The position numbers were made by a program, and so were the translations under genes. Shown here one piece after another: positions 57,919-64,000 of a stretch of DNA of 64,000 nt (the stretch's first letter is position 1; the number at the start of each line of letters is the position of its first letter). Under the pieces are notes generated by a model. It searched no databases. It worked only from the letters and a program-made list of their open reading frames with translations, and had not been told where the DNA came from. Source of the DNA: an uncultured Oscillospiraceae bacterium (GTDB lineage Bacteria; Bacillota; Clostridia; Oscillospirales; Acutalibacteraceae); assembly GCA_902492455.1 (NCBI GenBank), contig CABULH010000001.1, forward strand, positions 143,862 to 207,861, written 5' to 3'.

Positions 57919-59883
57919 ATGATCATGCTGGACTACGCGGCCTACCGCCGCAAACTGCGGGGTTGTTTTGTGGGCAAGGCCATCGGCGGCACGCTGGGGA
58001 TGCCGATGGAGGGCTATTTGGGGACAAAGGAAGTTACCTATTATGATCCCGTGCCCACCGGCATGGTGGCCAACGACGATCTGGATCTGCAGGTTGTCTG
58101 GCTGGAGGTGATCCGCCGCTGCGGCCTGCCGGTAAACCGGCGGGATCTGGCGGACGGCTGGCTGGAACATATGCGGGCGCTGCCGGATGAATACGGCGTG
58201 GCGGTTAAAAATCTGGAGACCGGCCTTTATCCGCCGATGAGCGGTTATTACGACAACAAGTTTTATGCGGGCATGGGAGCGGCCATCCGCACCGAGCTCT
58301 GGGCTGCTCTGGCGCCGGGAGATCCTGATCTGGCGGTACGCCTGGCCCGGGAGGATGCCTGTGTGGACCACTGCGCCGACGGGGTGGAAGCCAGTACCTT
58401 CCTGGCGGCGGTGGAAAGCGCCGCTTATGTGGAGAGCGATCGGCAGCGGCTGATCCACACCGGTCTTTCTTATCTGGATCCGCAGGGCCGGATGTATCAC
58501 GCCTTTACCGATACCATTCGCTGGTGGGAGGAATACCGAGATCCGCTGGCGGTTCGGGAAAAAATCCTCACCACCTATTTCCGGCAGAACTGGACGGATG
58601 TGGCCATCAATTTGTCCTTTATCCTGCTTTCCTGGATGGCGGGTGAGGGCGATTTCGGAAAATCCATTTGCACCGCCGCCGGACTTGGCTACGATGCGGA
58701 CTGCACTGCGGCCACATTGGGCGCTATCCTGGGAACAATCAATCCCGACGGCTTTGAGGAGCGCTGGACCCGCCCGCTGGGCGATGATCTGGTTCTGTCC
58801 GCCTGTATCAGCAATATGCATGAGGTGGCTACCATCACGGCTTTGTGTGATCAGGTGGCGGATCTCTGTCAGCAGGTGCTGGAGTATTACGGCTCCAATT
58901 CTCAGTTCACCGCGCCCCCCGCCTTGCAGACATGCTGGGCGGCTCCCTGGGCGCCGGATAACCGGCTGGTGGGACTGCGGGAAAGGTACCGGGAAACGGA
59001 GAGCCTTATCAGTGTCCGGCCTTTCACCATTCGGCTGATTTATCCCGAACGGGTTGCCCTGGCGCCGGGAGAAGCGGCGGATTTCACCGCGCTGATTTCC
59101 AATCCCTTAGGGGGTGAAAGCCGGGGAACCCTGCAGCTGCATGTCCCCGACGGGTGGGCGGTAGAGCCGCAGAATTTTGAACTGGAGCTGGAAAAAGGCC
59201 GGGAACAGACGATTTCCTTCTCGATAAAGGCTCCCGATGACGCGCGGCGCCGTATTCCCCGCAATCCCCTGGATTTCCGGATCGTTTGCGGCGACTGCCG
59301 ATTTGAGGCCAGCGCGGGGCTGGTACAGACCATCGATTTTCTGCGGGTCGCCTGCGACTATGACGGGGAGGAATGCCCGCCGGACGCGCTGTTCCGGAAT
59401 GCGGTGAAGGTTTCCGCGGCGGCTCATTTCCAACCGGTTCCGGAGGGAAGGCATCTGTACATGGCCGAACTGCGGGCGCCGGCGCTGTACCCGGAAACGA
59501 TTCTGGTGGCCCAGGGAACCCGTCCGCTGAAGGTCTGGCTGGACGGCAGACTGATTCTGGATCACGACGGCTGCGAATATGTTCCGGCTTTCCATCGCAG
59601 CGATTATGTGGCTGTACTGCCTTTGAACGGCAGCTGGCAGCGGCTGGTGATCCAAACGGGTGAGGAAGGCCGAAAGGGTGAAAAGGAGGATGTAAACCGT
59701 TCTCCCGGCGCGGCTCGGGTACCCATTCCTGGCAATCCCTCCATGTTTGAGATCCGGAAAAAGTACGACGCGGAGAAGCTGTATCAGGGAGAACCGGGGG
59801 AGATATTCATCGGCTTTGCTTCTCTCACCGGCACCCATTGGCTGTCCGAACTGGAATGGAAGATCCCGCAGTTACAGGCGTAA
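57919..59883 (+). CDS. ADP-ribosylglycohydrolase (ARH/DraG)-fold protein with C-terminal beta-sandwich domains
   Basis: N-terminal ~320 aa with ARH-like motifs (FVGKAIGGTLGMPMEG; AAGLGYDADCTAATLGAILG) in which the canonical GD and GDTDT positions are partly substituted; ~330-aa C-terminal extension. Confidence 0.5.
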   Translation: MIMLDYAAYRRKLRGCFVGKAIGGTLGMPMEGYLGTKEVTYYDPVPTGMVANDDLDLQVVWLEVIRRCGLPVNRRDLADGWLEHMRALPDEYGVAVKNLETGLYPPMSGYYDNKFYAGMGAAIRTELWAALAPGDPDLAVRLAREDACVDHCADGVEASTFLAAVESAAYVESDRQRLIHTGLSYLDPQGRMYHAFTDTIRWWEEYRDPLAVREKILTTYFRQNWTDVAINLSFILLSWMAGEGDFGKSICTAAGLGYDADCTAATLGAILGTINPDGFEERWTRPLGDDLVLSACISNMHEVATITALCDQVADLCQQVLEYYGSNSQFTAPPALQTCWAAPWAPDNRLVGLRERYRETESLISVRPFTIRLIYPERVALAPGEAADFTALISNPLGGESRGTLQLHVPDGWAVEPQNFELELEKGREQTISFSIKAPDDARRRIPRNPLDFRIVCGDCRFEASAGLVQTIDFLRVACDYDGEECPPDALFRNAVKVSAAAHFQPVPEGRHLYMAELRAPALYPETILVAQGTRPLKVWLDGRLILDHDGCEYVPAFHRSDYVAVLPLNGSWQRLVIQTGEEGRKGEKEDVNRSPGAARVPIPGNPSMFEIRKKYDAEKLYQGEPGEIFIGFASLTGTHWLSELEWKIPQLQA

Positions 59884-59919
59884 GGCAATTCCAAATTCAT
59901 ATAGAAGGGAAGCAATCAA

Positions 59920-60771
59920 ATGAAAAAGAAGCTGATCTCACTAGCGGCGGCTGCGCTGCTGACCTGCAGCGCCGTCATGACGGCCTCGGCCGCGGAAACC
60001 GCCCGGGTATGGGAAAACTTCGACAGCTACGGCGGCAACGCCCAGAAGATGGCCCAGACCTGGAAGGTGGTTGCTGGGGGCGCCACATCAAACATGCAGC
60101 TGTTATCCGACGGCAAGGGCGGCCACCAATTGAAGCTCACCTGGGAGCAGGATGTAGGTTGGGGCGGCATCGGCCGGGATGTCAACGAGGATTGGTCCAT
60201 GTTCGAAGGGGTGCGGATCAATGTGAAGGACGGCGACTGCAACACCGTGGTGTTCCAGTTTGCCTGTCTCCAGGAGGATGGCACCTCCACTCCCTTTGAC
60301 GGCCAATTCGATATGACATCGGCGGGAGAAAAATATCTGCCCTTTTCAGCGTTTGTGCCGAAGGACTGGTGCACGTTAAAGGAACTGGATCTTACCGCTG
60401 TAACAGCTGTGACTATAACAGTTGTTACCTCCCGCGGCACCTTCTTTACCATCGACGATATCGCACTGGTGGATGAGGACGGCAAATATGATCCCAACGC
60501 CACCACCGCGCCGCCGCCCACCACTACCGCGGCTCCCACGCAAGCGCCCACCACTGCGGCGCCTACCGAGCCTGATGAGACCAAGCCCGCCGCCTCCGAA
60601 GCCGTCAAGACCACCAAGGCCAACGAGAGCAGCGTACCCGTGGACGGCGACGAAGAGGGAGGTTTGTCCACCGGCGCTATAGTGGGCATTGTGATTGCCG
60701 CCGTGGTGGTATTGGCCGGCGCAGGCGCCGCCGTTTACTTCCTGGTAATCCGCAAGAAAAAGTCGGTATAA
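59920..60771 (+). CDS. cell-surface protein: signal peptide, one CBM-like domain, Pro/Thr-rich linker, C-terminal hydrophobic anchor + KKK tail
   Basis: SP MKKKLISLAAAALLTCSAVMTASAAE; domain ending GTFFTIDDIALV; linker TTAPPPTTTAAPTQAPTTAAPTEPDETKP; C-terminal IVGIVIAAVVVLAGAGAAVYFLVIRKKKSV. Confidence 0.45.
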   Translation: MKKKLISLAAAALLTCSAVMTASAAETARVWENFDSYGGNAQKMAQTWKVVAGGATSNMQLLSDGKGGHQLKLTWEQDVGWGGIGRDVNEDWSMFEGVRINVKDGDCNTVVFQFACLQEDGTSTPFDGQFDMTSAGEKYLPFSAFVPKDWCTLKELDLTAVTAVTITVVTSRGTFFTIDDIALVDEDGKYDPNATTAPPPTTTAAPTQAPTTAAPTEPDETKPAASEAVKTTKANESSVPVDGDEEGGLSTGAIVGIVIAAVVVLAGAGAAVYFLVIRKKKSV

Positions 60772-60808
60772 TCCTGAACCGGTGATCCCTAAAATAAAAA
60801 GGAGTGAA

Positions 60809-63205
60809 ATGTGCATGAAAAAGTTCCTGGCGATGTGTCTGTCCGCAATGGTTCTTTTGGCGAGCATGCCCCTGGTGATGGTTAGCGCAGCCCCGGATAC
60901 CAATACACTCCAATATGTGTTTAACGAAGACTGCACTTGGTCGGGCAATGCCGCGAAGGATGTCAGCGGCGGCTGCCTGAAAATCACCAATACCGATTCT
61001 AACGGCTACAGCTATATCGGCAGCGGCAACGGCTTTAGTAAAAGCCTTACCGGTGCGGATGCCATCCGGCTTTATATCAAGAATTCTACAGATAACGATA
61101 TCAGCCTGTTTGTGTATTTTATGGATGCTTTAGCCCATCATTGGCAGCAGGCGGTCACCATCAAAGGCGGCTCCAATGAATTCGTCGCTTATGACTATCC
61201 TCTGGACAGCTTTACCTATCGGTACAGCAACAATGGTGCTGACAGCAATCTGGTGGAGGGAGGCACCACCTGGGCGGCAGCCAAGGAAGCCGGCAAACTG
61301 ACGGCGGATAACTATAACACTTATACCATGACTCTGTGTTTCAATTCCACAAACGCAGCCGATGAGCTATCCATCAGCAAGTTAACGACCGTCGCCTATT
61401 CCACGGATGAAACGGTCCGCAATGTCTACGATTTCCGCAACTATCCTTCCACCGCCAACTGCGCTGTGGATAAGGATACGGCGGCGCTGAAAATCACAGC
61501 TCCTGGACCGGGAGCTAACGTCAACCTGAGCAAAGCGATCACCATGGATGGCGGCAGAGGAACCGCCAATGTTTCGGACGCCATCCGGATCTATATCAAA
61601 AATCCCGGCAGCGATGCGGTTTTGAAGCTGCATTATCAAGATGAGGCCGCCAACCGCTGGCAGCAGGAAATTACGGTTGAGGGCGGTTCCAACGATTTTA
61701 CCGCGTATGATTTCCCCTTGGAAAGCATGGTCTACCGGTACAGTGATAAAGGGGCGGAGTTTGCTCTTGGCGACGACGGCACCACCTGGGCAGCGATCAA
61801 AGCGGCCGATGCCAGCAAAATTGGAGAGAGCCAGTATCAGGCGTTCAGAATCGGCTTTGATCTGTCCGAAGGCGCCACGGTGTATCTGAGTGATATGCAG
61901 GTGGTTACCTATCCGGAAGAAGGCGGAGAAACCGGCGGTGAGACTGGCGGAGAAACCGGTGGTGAGACCGGCGGAGAAACCGGCGGTGAGACTGGCGGAG
62001 AAACCGGTGGTGAGACCGGTGGTGAAACCGGCGGAGAGACCAGTAAACCTAAGGATAAGGAAATCCGGGATATTTACGATTTCGTCAATTATACCGGAAA
62101 TCAATGTTCTGTAGAGGGCGATGCACTGAAAATGGTGGCTCCGGGCCCAGGTCCCAATGTCAATCTTTCTTTGGCCTTGACGATGGACGGCGGCAGGGGG
62201 ACCGACAATGCTGCGGACGCCATTCGGATTTATATCAAAAATCCCGGCAGCGATACGGTTTTGAAACTGCATTATCAGGATGAAGACGCCAACCGCTGGG
62301 AACAGGATATCACCGTCAAGGGCGGCTCTAACGAATTTGCCGCTTATGATTTTCCGCTGGCTGACATGGTTTATCGATACAGCGACAAGGGTGCGGAGTT
62401 TGCCTTGGGCGACGATGGCACAACTTGGGCGGAAATCCAGACGGCCGACGCCTCCAAAATCGGGGTGGGGCAGTATCAGGCATTCAGAATCGGCTTTAGC
62501 CTGTCCGAGGGCGCCACGGTATATCTGAGCGATATGCAGGTGGTTACCTATGCGGAAGAGGACGGTGATAAAGATCCGCAAGGAAAGATTGAGATACTGG
62601 ATGATTTCAACGGCTATGCCGACGCTGCGGCGCTGAAAAAGGTTTGGCAGAACGCTGGTTCCTCTGCAGGCATCGATTTTGTGCTGGGCCAGGGACCGGA
62701 CGGCAGCAAGGCGGGCAAGCTGACCGCCAGCGCTGCGGGAACTGCGGTGTACAAACTGAACTTTGCCGGCAGCGACGCTTTGAAGGATGCGGAGTCGGTG
62801 CGCATATGGATTCAGGGCACTGGTAAGGTGGTGCTGCAGTTTGGCCAGCCCGTTGAGAAACAGCCGGACGGTTCCTCCACCGCCCCCTTCCAGGCGATTT
62901 TTGATGCCACGCCGGAAGGCAAGGTGCATGAAATCCCGCTGAGCAGCTTCACCTTGGCTGAATGGTGGGGCGGCGCCGGCAACGACACCAGCATCAAGCT
63001 GGATTTGACAAAGGCAAATGTATTCTATCTCCAAGCGATTATGGGTGAGAATACCGCCATTCAGGTGGATGATTTCGCGGTCGTTCACAAGGCGGGAAGT
63101 TCCGGAAATCCGGATACCGGATCGGCCGGCGTTAAGACGGTTTCCCTGCTGGTGGTTGCCGTCGCCGGTACCGGCGTGATTCTTCTGCGGAAAAAGAGAA
63201 GCTAA
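60809..63205 (+). CDS. large cell-surface protein with four tandem CBM-like domains, a (GGET)10 linker and a C-terminal sorting-signal-like anchor
   Basis: Signal peptide MKKFLAMCLSAMVLLASMPLVMVSAA; repeated ~165-aa domain (IRIYIKNPGSD...YLSDMQVVTY); C-terminus NPDTGSAGVKTVSLLVVAVAGTGVILLRKKRS. Confidence 0.55.
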   Translation: MCMKKFLAMCLSAMVLLASMPLVMVSAAPDTNTLQYVFNEDCTWSGNAAKDVSGGCLKITNTDSNGYSYIGSGNGFSKSLTGADAIRLYIKNSTDNDISLFVYFMDALAHHWQQAVTIKGGSNEFVAYDYPLDSFTYRYSNNGADSNLVEGGTTWAAAKEAGKLTADNYNTYTMTLCFNSTNAADELSISKLTTVAYSTDETVRNVYDFRNYPSTANCAVDKDTAALKITAPGPGANVNLSKAITMDGGRGTANVSDAIRIYIKNPGSDAVLKLHYQDEAANRWQQEITVEGGSNDFTAYDFPLESMVYRYSDKGAEFALGDDGTTWAAIKAADASKIGESQYQAFRIGFDLSEGATVYLSDMQVVTYPEEGGETGGETGGETGGETGGETGGETGGETGGETGGETGGETSKPKDKEIRDIYDFVNYTGNQCSVEGDALKMVAPGPGPNVNLSLALTMDGGRGTDNAADAIRIYIKNPGSDTVLKLHYQDEDANRWEQDITVKGGSNEFAAYDFPLADMVYRYSDKGAEFALGDDGTTWAEIQTADASKIGVGQYQAFRIGFSLSEGATVYLSDMQVVTYAEEDGDKDPQGKIEILDDFNGYADAAALKKVWQNAGSSAGIDFVLGQGPDGSKAGKLTASAAGTAVYKLNFAGSDALKDAESVRIWIQGTGKVVLQFGQPVEKQPDGSSTAPFQAIFDATPEGKVHEIPLSSFTLAEWWGGAGNDTSIKLDLTKANVFYLQAIMGENTAIQVDDFAVVHKAGSSGNPDTGSAGVKTVSLLVVAVAGTGVILLRKKRS
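61922..62041 (+). repeat. in-frame 12-bp tandem repeat x10 encoding (GGET)10
   Basis: ggcggagaaacc / ggcggtgagact units alternate (24-bp super-period) and are read as GGETGGET... inside the 60809 CDS. Confidence 0.8.
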
Positions 63206-63231
63206 GGATAGCTGAAAACCACATAGCGGCA

Positions 63232-63262
63232 AAGGAGCGCGGCGTTATCCGCCGCGCTCCTT
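63232..63262 (+). terminator. Rho-independent terminator after the surface-protein gene
   Basis: aaggagcgcggcg-ttat-ccgccgcgctcctt followed by cttatgt. Confidence 0.45.
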
Positions 63263-63290
63263 CTTATGTACGCTTAACGGGGGAACGCTC

Positions 63291-64000
63291 ATGAAACAAT
63301 ATGTTTTTTCCCAGACGGATTGTCGCCTCCTGGGCCGTACCTTCACAGACGGCCAGGGACTGTGGCTGGATTGGTCCATGTCTGGGGTGTGGTTTCGCTT
63401 TCGGGGGACGGGAGCGGTGTTCCATTTCGCCCTGCCCGCCCCGGGGTATATCCCTCAAGTAGGTTTGGAAGTCGACGGCGAAGGATGCGGTATGCATCCG
63501 ATACGGGAAGACAATCTGGATATCCGCACCCCGCCGCTGACAGAAGGAGAACATACGGTGAGACTACTGAAGCTGACGGAGGCGACCGTCGGCATGCCGC
63601 TGCTGCTTAAAGCCATCACCCTGGAGGGAAGCGGCATGTGGCTGCCGCCGCCGAAGCTGCCTTCCCGCCGCATCGAATTTATCGGGGATTCCATTACCTG
63701 CGGTTTCGGCACCCTCAGCGATAAGCCTTCCGATCCATTTACCACTGAAACGGAGGACCCGACGAAAACCTATGCCTGCCGGATCGCCCGTTACTTTCAC
63801 GCCGATGCCCGCTTCATTTCCATGTCCGGGCGGGGACTGCTGCGCGATTGTGCCGGCGCCGCCTTCCGGCCTGTGCCGGAATGGGTGGATTTCACGGCTT
63901 TTTGCCATCCGGAGCCGTGGGATTATACCCGCTGGCAGGCGGATATAGTGGTCATCAACGTCGGAACCAATGATGTAGCCGGAGGGACCCCAGGGTTGGA
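63291..64000 (+). CDS. cytoplasmic SGNH/GDSL hydrolase (CE2-like esterase), 3' partial (runs off window)
   Basis: MKQYVFSQTD... with N-terminal beta-sandwich and the same RRIEFIGDSITCGFG block as the lipoprotein at 8640; no signal peptide; not in the ORF track because no stop lies within the window. Confidence 0.55.
   Translation, partial: MKQYVFSQTDCRLLGRTFTDGQGLWLDWSMSGVWFRFRGTGAVFHFALPAPGYIPQVGLEVDGEGCGMHPIREDNLDIRTPPLTEGEHTVRLLKLTEATVGMPLLLKAITLEGSGMWLPPPKLPSRRIEFIGDSITCGFGTLSDKPSDPFTTETEDPTKTYACRIARYFHADARFISMSGRGLLRDCAGAAFRPVPEWVDFTAFCHPEPWDYTRWQADIVVINVGTNDVAGGTPGL

Noticed and set aside
61922-62041. CRISPR-like or intergenic tandem array
   Set aside because: The 12-bp repeats are in-frame inside a CDS and encode (GGET)10; there are no spacers and no cas genes.

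Overview
High-GC (~60%) Firmicutes/Clostridia-like chromosomal segment; no transposase, integrase, CRISPR or restriction-modification genes were seen. It reads as three blocks. (1) Coordinates 1-25,600 are housekeeping: partial YitT-family membrane protein, sufC-sufD, ogt, tRNA-Leu(UAA), DAHP synthase behind a leader-peptide/terminator attenuator, valS, a CE2-like esterase lipoprotein, mutS2, recO, yqzL-like, era, a GT39-like membrane protein inserted in the era operon, dgkA, ybeY, phoH, yqfC, yqfD, ylbJ, ispD, ispF, a thioesterase and a sugar-phosphate isomerase. (2) Coordinates 25,600-38,500 are accessory: a GH78-like enzyme, a degenerate M20D-like protein, and the candidate undescribed system. 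That system is two translationally coupled WYL-domain regulators with repeated operator-like sites, then a 50-bp perfect palindromic terminator, then a ~400-nt structured non-coding region carrying a tRNA-like T-arm/acceptor element, then an SPFH (band-7) protein and an RtcB RNA ligase in an apparent operon. An XRE repressor and a small partner protein diverge from a large palindromic promoter/operator, followed by nagA, a GH20 hexosaminidase and an AraC regulator. (3) Coordinates 38,500-64,000 are a Gram-positive polysaccharide-utilization locus. It holds AraC-operator-like repeats, a beta-helix protein, three paralogs of an unassigned glycosidase-like family with a DEP motif (two lipoproteins, one cytoplasmic), two sugar ABC transporters without their own ATPase (one with a 961-aa substrate-binding protein carrying N-terminal CBM-like domains), an NHL-propeller-Yip1 fusion membrane protein, a large secreted unknown, an ADP-ribosylglycohydrolase-fold protein, two cell-surface proteins built from a repeated CBM-like domain (one with a (GGET)x10 tandem repeat and a ~500-bp intragenic duplication), and a second CE2-like esterase that runs off the window. 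Many long antisense ORFs in the six-frame track are high-GC artefacts and were rejected.
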